Part shown: piece after piece, positions 1 through 10,475 of the stretch
Numbering within the stretch: the first letter of the stretch is position 1
Layout: each line of letters opens with the position of its first letter
Assembly: GCA_963722075.1 (NCBI GenBank)
Contig: CAVRJM010000001.1
Location: forward strand, 416,001-480,000
Source: Candidatus Babeliales bacterium
Lineage (GTDB): Bacteria; Babelota; Babeliae; Babelales; JANWKD01
DNA: 64,000 nucleotides
Direction of reading: 5' to 3'
Position numbers and translations under genes: made by a program
Notes under the pieces: model-generated
What the model was told of the DNA's origin: nothing
Seen by the model: only the letters and a program-made list of their open reading frames with translations
Databases searched by the model: none

Positions 1-462
1 CATGATATTGGTAAAGCAGTAACTGCTGAAGTAGAAGGCCCTCATGCTTTAATAGGTGCTGATATTGCAAAGCGATGTGGTGAAAATCCAACAATCGTAA
101 ATGCGATTGCGGCGCACCATGAAGAAGTTCCTTTTTCTTCTATTTATGCCATTATCGTGGTAATTGCCGATATTATTTCTGCCTCACGCCCCGGAGCACG
201 CCGAGAAACATTATCAGCCTACATAAAACGTCTTGAAAAGCTTGAAGAGATTGCACATTCATTTGAAGGTATTAAAAAAGCCTATGCGCTGCAAGCGGGA
301 AGAGAAATTAGGATCATTGTAGAAGAAGACTTTTTAGATGATGATCGCGCTGCAAGCCTTGCGCGAGAAATTGCACAACGAGTGGAACAAGAAATGACAT
401 TCCCTGGCCAAATCAAAATTAACGTTATCAGAGAAAAACGTTCGATCGAATATGCGCGGTAA
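1..462 (+). CDS. rny: Ribonuclease Y, C-terminal part (5' end outside window)
   Basis: Frame 1 is open from base 1: HDIGKA (HD motif), [44 protein letters not shown]; lies upstream of ymdB as is typical. Confidence 0.95.
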   Translation, partial: HDIGKAVTAEVEGPHALIGADIAKRCGENPTIVNAIAAHHEEVPFSSIYAIIVVIADIISASRPGARRETLSAYIKRLEKLEEIAHSFEGIKKAYALQAGREIRIIVEEDFLDDDRAASLAREIAQRVEQEMTFPGQIKINVIREKRSIEYAR

Positions 463-464
463 TT

Positions 465-1295
465 ATGAAAAATGGCATGCTTAGAATATTGATGGTTGGC
501 GACGTAGTGGGAGTACCGGGCTGTGCATTGTTTCAAAAATATTGCAAAAAAATAAAAGAAGAGCATTCAATAGACGCCGTTATTGTTAATGGTGAAAATA
601 GCGCTTCAAATGGGCGTGGTATAACGCCAAAAATAGTTCATTTTTTTAGGCATAATGGCGCTGATGTTATAACCACGGGCAATCATATATGGGCCAATAA
701 AGAAATTTATAACTATTTAGATCAGCACACTGATGTAATTCGGCCAGATAATTTTCCTACCGAATGTCCCGGGTCGGGCGTAACAACGTTTGAAACGAGG
801 GGATTTACTATTGGTGTGATGAATTTGCAAGGACGAATCTTTATGCGTGAGCAGGTGAGTTGTCCTTTTAAAGCAGCTGATTCTGCGCTTACTTTTTTAC
901 GTGCTAAAACTAAGATTATTTTAGTCGATTTTCATGCTGAAGCATCTTCTGAAAAAATCGGCATGGGGTTTTATTTAGATGGGAGAGTTTCGGCAGTAGT
1001 AGGTACTCACACGCATGTACAAACCGCTGATGAGCGTATTTTGCCAAACGGCACTGCATTTATTACTGATTTAGGAATGGGCGGATCGCTTAACTCAATG
1101 ATTGGCATGAATAAAGATGTTGTTCTGCAGCATTTAATTACGCAAATGCCTGCTCGCTTTGTAGTGGAAACCAAAGGACCCTTTGTATTATCTGGCGTTG
1201 TTATTGATATTGATCCAGCAACTGGTAAAGCGGTAGCAATTGAACGATTTAGAGTTATTGATAATGAATTAGTTGTTGATGAAAAATCTGAATAA
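465..1295 (+). CDS. ymdB: YmdB/TIGR00282 family metallophosphoesterase
   Basis: GDVVG, NGEN, TTGNH, DFHAEASSEK, GTHTHVQTAD motifs. Confidence 0.92.
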   Translation: MKNGMLRILMVGDVVGVPGCALFQKYCKKIKEEHSIDAVIVNGENSASNGRGITPKIVHFFRHNGADVITTGNHIWANKEIYNYLDQHTDVIRPDNFPTECPGSGVTTFETRGFTIGVMNLQGRIFMREQVSCPFKAADSALTFLRAKTKIILVDFHAEASSEKIGMGFYLDGRVSAVVGTHTHVQTADERILPNGTAFITDLGMGGSLNSMIGMNKDVVLQHLITQMPARFVVETKGPFVLSGVVIDIDPATGKAVAIERFRVIDNELVVDEKSE

Positions 1296-1315
1296 CTTAT
1301 TTTGAAAGACAATAA

Positions 1316-1939
1316 ATGGTTTACCAATTGTTTTTTGTAATATTATTTTTTTATTCTTCTCTATTTACGATGGAAGCAGAAGAGAAGTATAGAGATGAAG
1401 CTGTATGTATTAGTGCAGTAATGAATGACGAACAGAGACATCTATCAGTCACTGTACCTGTATTAAAAGATAAATATAATACGAATACTAATAAAATAGA
1501 CCCTGCTTATAAAAAAGAATTAGAACGAATAATGCGCCATGTGGCCTATACTATTTACTTTCAAGCATACGATGATGGGCAAAATGAAGTTCAATTGGAA
1601 ATTTGCAAAACTCAAGCAAGCGAGAGTGCAATGCGACTTTACCATAAAACCCTCGGTAAAAATGGCAAATGGAAAATATATTCAGGTGATACAAAAGTAT
1701 TAGGTAATGAAAACACTGTTCAAGAATTTGATGAATGTTACCGGATACAACGCCAAGTTCATCCACAAGGAATTATCGATTTATCTCCGGTGATAGGATC
1801 AACTTATCATGCCGGATATCTAGAGGCGTGGAACGATCTTAATTTTATTCAAAAACGTCCTATTTTATCAGTAATAAGCTCTTTAGGAATTGGAGCTGCT
1901 GCGGTAGGGCTTGCGTGGTGGTGGAAAACTAAAGCTTAA
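1316..1939 (+). CDS. Hypothetical protein, signal peptide and C-terminal membrane anchor
   Basis: Hydrophobic N-terminus then TME; C-terminal LGIGAAAVGLAWWWK; paralog of the next gene. Confidence 0.75.
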   Translation: MVYQLFFVILFFYSSLFTMEAEEKYRDEAVCISAVMNDEQRHLSVTVPVLKDKYNTNTNKIDPAYKKELERIMRHVAYTIYFQAYDDGQNEVQLEICKTQASESAMRLYHKTLGKNGKWKIYSGDTKVLGNENTVQEFDECYRIQRQVHPQGIIDLSPVIGSTYHAGYLEAWNDLNFIQKRPILSVISSLGIGAAAVGLAWWWKTKA

Positions 1940-2030
1940 TTTCATATCGAAACTAATATTTGCTAAATTGATTGTTGCATAAACCAAAATTATGCTAATA
2001 ATTAATTATATTTCTAATCTAGGATTGCTT

Positions 2031-2687
2031 ATGAATTTTATGAAAAGTGTTATAATAGCATCTTTATTAAATTATTCCATCGGTATATTTGCTATGGCAG
2101 CAACGATTGCAAATGTTTCTGTTGATATAAATCACCCCAGTAAAAATGAGACACTATCATTAATACTTACCATACCGCCCAATAATAAATGGTGTGATCA
2201 AGATGGTCAAATGAACGATAAAGAACTCAATAATTATGTTAAAAATATTATTGAAAGCGTTTCACAACAAGTATATGCATATGCATGTTTTCATAGCAAT
2301 AAAAGAAAGCAAGAAGCAATTCATTTACAGATTGATAAAACCGCTGAGGTAGCCCTCGCTCTGGATTACTACGCTCGGTTATATGGAAAAGATCTGCGCC
2401 AATATCATAAAGATTATGCAACATGTGCTGATGATCAAGTAATTTACGATTGTGATAATCATTACCTATTACAATTACCAGTTATTCAACAAAAAGGTAC
2501 TGATATTTCTTCACTCATTCTATCTTCTTTTGAAGCGGGATATTTAGCAGCATTTAATAGGCTGAGCGGTAAGATAAATCAAAGAGTCAGTTTTATTCAA
2601 AAATATCCACTTATTTCAGTATTAAGTTCATTTGGTATTGGTGCGGGTGTTGTTGGCCTTGCATGGTGGTGGAAATCTACTAAATGA
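2031..2687 (+). CDS. Hypothetical protein, signal peptide and C-terminal membrane anchor (paralog of 1316..1939)
   Basis: C-terminus FIQKYPLISVLSSFGIGAGVVGLAWWWK; start chosen after an AGGA SD-like motif (ORF open from 1992). Confidence 0.75.
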   Translation: MNFMKSVIIASLLNYSIGIFAMAATIANVSVDINHPSKNETLSLILTIPPNNKWCDQDGQMNDKELNNYVKNIIESVSQQVYAYACFHSNKRKQEAIHLQIDKTAEVALALDYYARLYGKDLRQYHKDYATCADDQVIYDCDNHYLLQLPVIQQKGTDISSLILSSFEAGYLAAFNRLSGKINQRVSFIQKYPLISVLSSFGIGAGVVGLAWWWKSTK

Positions 2688-2708
2688 ATTGTAAATCATT
2701 TTAGCATT

Positions 2709-2746
2709 ATAAAAAGGGGATTTGTTTTACCAAATCCCCTTTTTAT
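2709..2746 (+). terminator. Rho-independent terminator
   Basis: Perfect 16-bp inverted repeat ATAAAAAGGGGATTTG/CAAATCCCCTTTTTAT, 6-nt loop, 22 nt after a stop codon. Confidence 0.85.
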
Positions 2747-2812
2747 TTACTTATTAAGAAGCATGTTTGTAAACTATAGCTAACCTTTTAAAGCTAGGGG
2801 AAAAGGTTAACT

Positions 2813-4312
2813 ATGAATAAAAATCGTCTTTTATTACCTATTTTATGTTTGGCCTGCCAGGCAGTAGCTATGGAAAGGCCTTCTTCTTCAAAATTTGAAG
2901 ATTCTATATATGAAAATCGAGTTAATCAATTAACAATTTATAATACGATCAGCAAGGCATCGCCACCGTCTCCAAAACCGAAGACAAAGCGATCTCATTC
3001 ATTTACTATTCGTCCAGCGGAAATCGTTACTTCAAGTTCTCCTGATCTTTTGAAAAAAAATAAACGTAATTCTACCGGATCGTTTTTAAGAAGCGATTCT
3101 GAGGTAGATTTACTTACTGCATTTGATTATGAGCCTACTTTTGTATGGTTAGTTCAGAGTTTGGGACACGAAATACCTCCTAAAAAAATAGAACGGGTTG
3201 AACAAATAACAATATGGATCGATATTATTTATAAAGACCTTCTTGGTGATGATCAAAAAGATTCTGATAAGAGGTATCATCCTCATGTAATAGAATTAGA
3301 AAAATTAGCTTTACAAAGTTACTTAGTTAGTAGGTTTAAAGAATCGGCCACCAAAGAAATAAATAAAGAAAACCAACTATGTGCTGAACGATATAAAGAT
3401 ATTGCGGAAGCAAATCGGTCTAATTATTACAGTCTTTATTATTACAAGCAAGGAATTCATTTTAAGCATTTTGTCGAACTGTTAAATAACAAAGCACATA
3501 GCTTAATAGAACATTTTGATAAGCTGTTATTTTTTAATTGTGCATATTCTGTCGCATTACAAGCTAAACGATTCTTCATGCTCGCAGGCCAAACAGAAAA
3601 TAAGAGCGTAAAGGATATGTTAGAAGAAATGAACACAACTATTGGTTCTATTGAAAATTATATTAATAAAGTAGTCAGCGGTAAAAAGAGTTATAAAAAT
3701 CAAGAAGAAGATTGTTATAAACAATGCGATGCCATGCGCGAACAATTAAAACGTAATAATAAGGTAATAGAAAAGCTTGAAAAGCAATATAAAAAGAAAA
3801 AAAGTGCCTTGCGAGAATTAGATCAACTTAAAAAAATTAAAATCAAAAAACAACAACTTCGGCGCAAAGTTACGCAAGCTATTATTAATAAGCAAAAAGA
3901 ATTCTCAGAAGAATCTGATATAGATAAAAAGGATCGTTTATCGTTAGAAATTGAACAATTAAAAACAATTCAAAAAGAGAAAAATAATTTATCGTTATTG
4001 AAAAAACTACTGGAATATAAAATTGAAGCACTTAAATGGAGAATTATTGAATTGCTAAAAAAATCAGAAGACTATTACTATAAGTTAGCGCTCCAATGGG
4101 TTAATTTCTTTTCAGAACGTAATCCACAACTTACCTTTTTAGTGCAAGCTAATACCGCTTTAACACGAGCACAAAAATGGCAAAAAAAAAGAATGAATCT
4201 TGATAAAAGTACTCTTGATAATAGTGAAAAATATGAATCGTTAATGGAAAAACTCAATTGTGCCAAATTATTAATCAAGGTAAAATTAGATGAATTCGAT
4301 ATTTTTACCTAA
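2813..4312 (+). CDS. Hypothetical secreted coiled-coil protein
   Basis: 499-aa ORF, signal peptide ending AVA-MERP, K/E/L-rich helical body. Confidence 0.75.
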   Translation: MNKNRLLLPILCLACQAVAMERPSSSKFEDSIYENRVNQLTIYNTISKASPPSPKPKTKRSHSFTIRPAEIVTSSSPDLLKKNKRNSTGSFLRSDSEVDLLTAFDYEPTFVWLVQSLGHEIPPKKIERVEQITIWIDIIYKDLLGDDQKDSDKRYHPHVIELEKLALQSYLVSRFKESATKEINKENQLCAERYKDIAEANRSNYYSLYYYKQGIHFKHFVELLNNKAHSLIEHFDKLLFFNCAYSVALQAKRFFMLAGQTENKSVKDMLEEMNTTIGSIENYINKVVSGKKSYKNQEEDCYKQCDAMREQLKRNNKVIEKLEKQYKKKKSALRELDQLKKIKIKKQQLRRKVTQAIINKQKEFSEESDIDKKDRLSLEIEQLKTIQKEKNNLSLLKKLLEYKIEALKWRIIELLKKSEDYYYKLALQWVNFFSERNPQLTFLVQANTALTRAQKWQKKRMNLDKSTLDNSEKYESLMEKLNCAKLLIKVKLDEFDIFT

Positions 4313-5567
4313 AAACTTTATAAAGTATAGTGCTTTCATTTGCATAATTTCACTATGTGCTATGGAGAAAGAAGAATCAGCCTCTATTTCAGCATTACCA
4401 GATCAGTATCGGATTCTTTATAGCTCTTCAGTTGATCTACTTACTTATCTTCCTCCAGTAAAAAAAAGCGCTTTAACTCAATCAGAATTACATAAGGAAT
4501 ATTTGGCTATGCTTCTTGGAGAAAAGCCCGTTCATCCACCCTATATTTTTAACTTATTAAATGAATTAGTCAGAATGCTTGATACGGGAAATAATCTTAA
4601 AGGTTCTGAACATCGTAATTATAAAGAACGCATTAGAAAAGATAATGAAAAGTATTACCAGCATTTTTATTTTGATAAGGGAGTAACTTTACAGCGAGAA
4701 GCATCCGATTCAATTGAAACCGCTCGCCATTCATCGAGCACCAATTTCTATACGTTGGTTTTTTATTACCATGCACAAACAAAGCTTAATCAAGCAAGTG
4801 AAGCATTTGAGGAAGCAGCGAGGTATAATAAAAGCAAAGAAGAAAACGATGGTAAATTAATGGAAATATCATTGCAGTTAGAAGATCTCCAGGAAAAAGT
4901 TGTTCCACTCGTTGACCCACAGATAATAAAGCAATCTAATGTAACGTATTCAAAGGCTGAAGAGCTAAAAGAGCATTTTAAACAACTGCCCGAAATAAAA
5001 TCTGAGTTGCTTAAAAAACAAAAAGAACAAATTCCAACAAAAAAATTAAAAAAAGAAGAAAAACAAGAACTTTTAGCTAAAATTAAAAAAATATTTGATG
5101 CGGAAGAAAATGAATTAAATAGCCTTAATAAGCTTTCTGAAGATCGAATAGGCCCAGTTTTTTATCGCCAGCAACAATTGCAACAGAGTGTAGAAGGCCT
5201 AAAAAAAATGTTAGAAAATAAAAAGTTTCACTTAATGAGGCAAAAACTTCATGAAATAGAGGTTGCTGAACTGAAAAAAGATTATTTAGTTAAATTAGAT
5301 GTACTTGAAAATGACCTTTTGAAAGCGGCGAAGGATTTTTTAATACTTTTTAAAGAAAATCCACAGCATAGTTATATTAAAGGAGCAGAACAAATAATGG
5401 CTCAGGCAGCGTTAATTGGATCAGAAAAGTATACTTACTCACCCCATTTTGTAACTATAAAACAAGACGTTAGCACTATTTGGCATAGTATTAAGGTAGC
5501 AGAGCAACTTCTAGAAAATCCAAAAGATAATTGTGATTTTTGTTCCAACTTTCCTATAATGAATTAA
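4290..5567 (+). CDS. Hypothetical secreted coiled-coil protein (distant paralog of 2813..4312)
   Basis: 425-aa ORF, signal peptide ending LCA-MEKE; shares motifs with the upstream gene. Confidence 0.75.
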   Translation: MNSIFLPKNFIKYSAFICIISLCAMEKEESASISALPDQYRILYSSSVDLLTYLPPVKKSALTQSELHKEYLAMLLGEKPVHPPYIFNLLNELVRMLDTGNNLKGSEHRNYKERIRKDNEKYYQHFYFDKGVTLQREASDSIETARHSSSTNFYTLVFYYHAQTKLNQASEAFEEAARYNKSKEENDGKLMEISLQLEDLQEKVVPLVDPQIIKQSNVTYSKAEELKEHFKQLPEIKSELLKKQKEQIPTKKLKKEEKQELLAKIKKIFDAEENELNSLNKLSEDRIGPVFYRQQQLQQSVEGLKKMLENKKFHLMRQKLHEIEVAELKKDYLVKLDVLENDLLKAAKDFLILFKENPQHSYIKGAEQIMAQAALIGSEKYTYSPHFVTIKQDVSTIWHSIKVAEQLLENPKDNCDFCSNFPIMN

Positions 5568-5612
5568 AATAGTAGTTATTATCATTATAACGACATAAAC
5601 TATTATAAATAA

Positions 5613-6545
5613 ATGAGTATTTTATTACTATTATTATGCGCATTTTCAGCAAGCACCTTTACCGTAGGCAAGGCTGCTTTACAATATACCATTCCTATGT
5701 TTTTAATAGGTATACGACTTTTGGTTTCGGGTATTATTTTTTTGCTCTATTATTACTATAAATATCGCCATTTGCCATCACTTCATAAACATGATTACTG
5801 GGTACTTGCCCAAGTCTCATTTGCCAGCTTTTATTTTGCCTACGCAATGGAATTTTGGTCATTACAATATATGAGCTCCTCAAAGACAGCGCTCTTATAT
5901 AATCTTTCTCCCGTAATTGCCGCCTGTTTTTCTTATGTGGTATTTAATGAACGTATGACCGTTAAAAAAATAATTGGCTTAGCAATTTGCTTATTAAGTT
6001 TTCTGCCTATTTTTTTAGTGCCTGAGCCTTCTGAAACGCGTAGTATATTTTTTCTTTCCTGGCCAGAACTTGGCGTTATTGCAGCAGTAATCTCATTTAC
6101 CTATGGCTGGGTAGTAATGCGCAAAGCAATTAAGCGTCATTTTATTCCAACGGTTTTTGTTAATGGATCGGGAATGATTATCGGTGGCGTAGCAGCATTA
6201 TTGACCACATACATTTTCCAGATTCCGTATCTACCAGCAACGGGATGGATACATCCTTGGATACCCATGACAAATATTATGCCTTTTTTGCTGTGGGCTT
6301 TCTTATTAATTATGGTCGGCAATGTACTTTGCTATATATTGTATGGGTATTTGCTCCATAAATATACAGCTACCTTTGTCACCTTAGGGGAATTGGCAAC
6401 ACCACTTTTTGCGGCATTATATGGATGGGCATTTTTGAATGAATCGATTACCTGGAGCTTTTACTTTTCTATGATTGTTTTAGCCATTGGTTCATATATC
6501 TTTTATAAAGAAGAAAAACGATTGGGTTATTTTGAGCATGCATAA
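5613..6545 (+). CDS. DMT/EamA family transporter
   Basis: About 10 hydrophobic helices; SSSKTALLYNLSP, FNERMT and FLNESIT two-repeat pattern. Confidence 0.88.
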   Translation: MSILLLLLCAFSASTFTVGKAALQYTIPMFLIGIRLLVSGIIFLLYYYYKYRHLPSLHKHDYWVLAQVSFASFYFAYAMEFWSLQYMSSSKTALLYNLSPVIAACFSYVVFNERMTVKKIIGLAICLLSFLPIFLVPEPSETRSIFFLSWPELGVIAAVISFTYGWVVMRKAIKRHFIPTVFVNGSGMIIGGVAALLTTYIFQIPYLPATGWIHPWIPMTNIMPFLLWAFLLIMVGNVLCYILYGYLLHKYTATFVTLGELATPLFAALYGWAFLNESITWSFYFSMIVLAIGSYIFYKEEKRLGYFEHA

Positions 6546-6611
6546 CTATTGCAATTAGATTTTTAACACAGTATGTTTTTAATAAAAAAAAGTATAAAAA
6601 AAGGAAAAAGA

Positions 6612-7454
6612 ATGAAGAATAAAATAATCATTGTATGCATGGTATTACTATATAATAATTTCCTAATGGGTGCTTTCGTAGGTGCAAAACAGCATTTGGA
6701 AAATTATCCCACTCCTGTTTTTGCTACTATTAATGGTGTCACCATCACTATTGTTAGAGGGGATATTCTCACTCTAAAGAAAGATTATAATATAGAAGTA
6801 CACGCTATTGTAAATGCAGCAAATAGCGATGTTTTAAGAGTGAAAGGTGGCATTTCGGGTAAAATTTTTAGAGCTGCACATCAGCCTGGTCCAGGAAACT
6901 CTTCTGCATTAAATAATTTTATAAGCAAATATATGGTAGAAAATCAGATGCCTGAGATTCCCTTAGGAACTTATATAGTAACGCCCAGCTTTGCTTTGCT
7001 TAAAGAGGGGATTTTACATATTATCCATGCGGTAGGCCCTGACTGTAGAATTCCTGAGCAAAAAGAAGGCTTTGAAAAAACTCTCCATGATCTTTATTAT
7101 TCGATATTGAATACCGACTATATTGGGTTTAAATCAGTTGCTTTTCCTTTTATTAGCGGTGAAATATTTGCATGCCCCAAAAAAGAAGCCGCACAAGCAG
7201 AATTAGAAGCAGCTATTGAATATGCCCATAAAGGCGCTAAAAATGTTACCGAAGTTTATTTTGTTTTATATACGTTAGAAGACTATGAATTATTTGTAAG
7301 TGTATTTAAGAAATTAATGCATAATATTATGCAACCAGGGAAATTAGTCGTGGAAAAATCTTCCATTGAAGATTATTTATCTAAATTAAAAAATTCATTG
7401 CAGCAATTGCATGATCAATTAACCGGTTTAAATATTGCCAGTTTAATTTGGTAA
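6612..7454 (+). CDS. Macrodomain (ADP-ribose-binding/hydrolase) protein with signal peptide
   Basis: GDI, AIVNAAN, GGISGKI, IIHAVGP, VAFPFISGEIF motifs; start after AAGGA (ORF open from 6573). Confidence 0.85.
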   Translation: MKNKIIIVCMVLLYNNFLMGAFVGAKQHLENYPTPVFATINGVTITIVRGDILTLKKDYNIEVHAIVNAANSDVLRVKGGISGKIFRAAHQPGPGNSSALNNFISKYMVENQMPEIPLGTYIVTPSFALLKEGILHIIHAVGPDCRIPEQKEGFEKTLHDLYYSILNTDYIGFKSVAFPFISGEIFACPKKEAAQAELEAAIEYAHKGAKNVTEVYFVLYTLEDYELFVSVFKKLMHNIMQPGKLVVEKSSIEDYLSKLKNSLQQLHDQLTGLNIASLIW

Positions 7455-7459
7455 ATTCG

Positions 7460-8509
7460 TTACAAGTTGATAAAGAATTTGAGATCAAGCCAATTATTAT
7501 GAGCAACTCTTAAATCACTATTAGAAAGCGCTTTGCGTGAAAGGTACTGCTCATCACCAAACTCGTCATCATTCATATCATCCATATTGAATCGATTTTT
7601 TTGAATCCTTTTAGTAATTTCTTCAAGTGTCGGTTGGCAATATAAAAGCATTGTTTGCCCGCGCTGCGCATACGCATTATTGTATGGTAAATTAAATTTT
7701 TTATAAAAGGCATGAACAACGCACTTATATAAATCAGCTTCAGGACCGAGTATTAATTTACCGTGATCGCCCGAGGCTAATTCTAATAAATACGTATTAG
7801 CATGCCCTGATAGAAGCAATGCTTTATACAGGCTTCGAGAGCTATTAATTGAAATAGTTTTATCGTGTTTAGTGTGAATAATTAAAATGGGAATATGAGA
7901 GGGTATTTTATGTACAACATCAAGCGGGAAAATACCATTAATATTTAAGAGGGGAAAATTTCTTTTAGCTAATTTCAGACCTATTTCTTTTGAAAAGGGA
8001 ATCCAGTTTATATGGAAGCGTTTTAATAAATGCTTAATAACATTAGTAATGGTGTCAAAAGGAGATTCAAGTACTAATGCAGCTATATGATCATTATTAT
8101 GTAAAGCAGTATAATTGAGAATAGTAGAAGCACCACGTGAAATACCTGATAAAATAAATTTATGATTTTGTAATTTTTCTAAAGCAATAGTAAGGGTAAA
8201 ATCTAAGCGCTCAATATCTAATTTTTGTCCTAAATTTACTAGTTCATAATGAAAATCCATTACATTATTTTTTGAATCAGGAAAATCAAATAAAACCGCT
8301 GGTTTATTGATAACCCAATGGTCGCTTGTTGCTAAAAAAAGAGCGGCCTGTTCTTGGGTTGCTCCCAGACCATGTGCAAATATGTACCCGATTTTTTCTG
8401 GTGATAATAAAGAGCATTCATGAAAGGTAATATTTGGTTCTGCACTATATGAAAAAGAATATAAAACTATTATAACCCAAAAAAAATTAATTTTTTTTTG
8501 AATGCACAT
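7460..8509 (-). CDS. Alpha/beta hydrolase with signal peptide
   Basis: FAHGLG, GISRGA nucleophile elbow, LESPF, HTKHD, GDHG. Confidence 0.85.
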   Translation of the reverse strand: MCIQKKINFFWVIIVLYSFSYSAEPNITFHECSLLSPEKIGYIFAHGLGATQEQAALFLATSDHWVINKPAVLFDFPDSKNNVMDFHYELVNLGQKLDIERLDFTLTIALEKLQNHKFILSGISRGASTILNYTALHNNDHIAALVLESPFDTITNVIKHLLKRFHINWIPFSKEIGLKLAKRNFPLLNINGIFPLDVVHKIPSHIPILIIHTKHDKTISINSSRSLYKALLLSGHANTYLLELASGDHGKLILGPEADLYKCVVHAFYKKFNLPYNNAYAQRGQTMLLYCQPTLEEITKRIQKNRFNMDDMNDDEFGDEQYLSRKALSNSDLRVAHNNWLDLKFFINL

Positions 8510-8699
8510 TACTATCCCCTAAAATGTTACAAAAACATATAAAATTGATGTAACTTTTTTTTAGGATATCAACTCCTATAAAATCAATTCAAGAAATATT
8601 GTTAAAATAAAAAAATCATGATAGTATCAAATATTTTTATTGCATTTTTAATATAAAAATATATATTTTTAGGTATACTTATTGAGCAAGGTATACACT

Positions 8700-9656
8700 A
8701 TGTCACATTCAAAAAAATCGGTTCTTGAAGTAGATTCGCTAGTAAAAATTTTTAGTCAAAAAGGCTGGTTTGGTAAGCAAAAAGAATTTATTGCGGTAAA
8801 CGGCATTTCATTTTCATTGCAGGAAGGTGAGATACTTGGGTTTTTAGGGCCTAATGGCGCTGGAAAAACAACAACCATTCAAATTTTGCTCAGTCTTATG
8901 ACTCCTACATCTGGTAGAATTACCTATTTTGGTAAAAATTTCTTTAAATATAGATCTGAAATTTTACAAGATGTTGCTTTTGCAAGCGCCTATACCAAAT
9001 TACCTGCCCGATTAACGATATTTGAAAATCTTGATATTTATGGGCGATTATTTGGCCTTTCGGAATCTATGCGAGCAGCAAAAATAAAAGAATTTTTAAG
9101 TTTTTTTGGCATGTGGGGTTTGCGTGATAAACCGGCAGGTCTTTTATCAGCCGGGCAAACGACACGCGTTATGCTTGCCAAAGCATTTTTAGCTGACCCT
9201 AAAATAGTGCTTCTTGATGAACCAACCGCTTCATTAGATCCTGATGTAGCGTATGATGTTCGCAACTTTGTTATTCAGCAACAACGTGATCGCAATATTT
9301 CGGTTCTATTTACCTCTCACAATATGGCGGAAGTAGAAGAAATATGTGATCGGGTTCTTATTTTAAAAAATGGTTCCATAATAGCTGATAACACACCTGA
9401 GGAAATTGCTTTAAGCATCTCTAAAACCCGTTTAAGCATTATGGTTAAGGGTGAAAATCAAACAAAAACAGAACAGTATGCCCAAGAACAGCATTTGAGC
9501 TATCAAATCACTGAGCATTTTATTGAAATTCAAGTTGATGAGGAAAGAATCGCATCTCTTTTAGCTGATTTAGCTAAGCGCAATGTTAACTATTCCCAAA
9601 TTTCGATTGAAAAACCAACCCTTGAAGATTATTTTTTACATATTGCAAAGCAATAA
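8700..9656 (+). CDS. ABC transporter ATP-binding protein (ABC-2 exporter type)
   Basis: Walker A GPNGAGKTT, LSAGQ signature, LLDEPT, TSHNM; ORF open from TTG at 8682. Confidence 0.93.
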   Translation: MSHSKKSVLEVDSLVKIFSQKGWFGKQKEFIAVNGISFSLQEGEILGFLGPNGAGKTTTIQILLSLMTPTSGRITYFGKNFFKYRSEILQDVAFASAYTKLPARLTIFENLDIYGRLFGLSESMRAAKIKEFLSFFGMWGLRDKPAGLLSAGQTTRVMLAKAFLADPKIVLLDEPTASLDPDVAYDVRNFVIQQQRDRNISVLFTSHNMAEVEEICDRVLILKNGSIIADNTPEEIALSISKTRLSIMVKGENQTKTEQYAQEQHLSYQITEHFIEIQVDEERIASLLADLAKRNVNYSQISIEKPTLEDYFLHIAKQ

Positions 9657-9671
9657 GGGAAAGGGCATGTT

Positions 9672-10466
9672 ATGAAATTATATAGAATTAATGCCATAAC
9701 ATTACGCCATCTCATTTTAACATTTCGCGATTTACATCGATTTATTGAATTAGTTTATTGGCCACTTTTAGATATCATTATCTGGGGGTTTACTACTCAA
9801 TGGATTCAAAAAAATCAAATTAATACCATACAAGTAAGCTTTATTTTGCTTACATCACTTATTTTTTGGCAAGTAATTTTTAGAGCTCAAATGGAAATTA
9901 ATTTTAGCTTGTTAGATGAGATTTGGTCACATAATTTAACTAATCTTTTCTCAACACCTATACATCTGAGTGAATGGATTACTTCAGTTATGATTATTGG
10001 CTTTCTCAAGTGTCTTTTTACGATGGGGTTTGGTATTACGGCAGTATGGCTTTTATATTCAATTAATGTTTTTAAACTCGGTTTTACCATTTTTTATTTG
10101 TTTATCATTAGTATTATTTCTGGCTGGGGCATAGGATTTTTAACTACCGCGGCTATTTCTTATTGGGGACAGAAAATGCAAATGCTTGCATGGACCGTTA
10201 TTTGGTTCTTTGCACCCTTTAGTGGTGTTTTTTATCCCATTGAAATTTTACCATCCTGGGTACAGAAAATTTCAGCAATAACTCCCATGTCATATCTTTT
10301 TGAAGGTATACGATCCCTTATAACTACAGGGAACATTCCCTATTCAATGATTATTTGCGCATTCTGTTTATCGCTTGTCTACTTATTGGTATCGATTATT
10401 ATTTTTAAATATGCCTTTGAAAAAACTAAAATATATGGGCTAGCTCGATTAGAACGCTATGAATAA
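9672..10466 (+). CDS. ABC-2 type permease
   Basis: About 6 TM helices; SGVFYPIEILPSW motif. Confidence 0.88.
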   Translation: MKLYRINAITLRHLILTFRDLHRFIELVYWPLLDIIIWGFTTQWIQKNQINTIQVSFILLTSLIFWQVIFRAQMEINFSLLDEIWSHNLTNLFSTPIHLSEWITSVMIIGFLKCLFTMGFGITAVWLLYSINVFKLGFTIFYLFIISIISGWGIGFLTTAAISYWGQKMQMLAWTVIWFFAPFSGVFYPIEILPSWVQKISAITPMSYLFEGIRSLITTGNIPYSMIICAFCLSLVYLLVSIIIFKYAFEKTKIYGLARLERYE

Positions 10467-10475
10467 GAAAATTGT

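Noticed and set aside
2235..2245. Second dif XerD arm (TTATGTTAAAA)
   Set aside because: Inside a CDS with no matching XerC arm or spacer; likely chance in AT-rich DNA.
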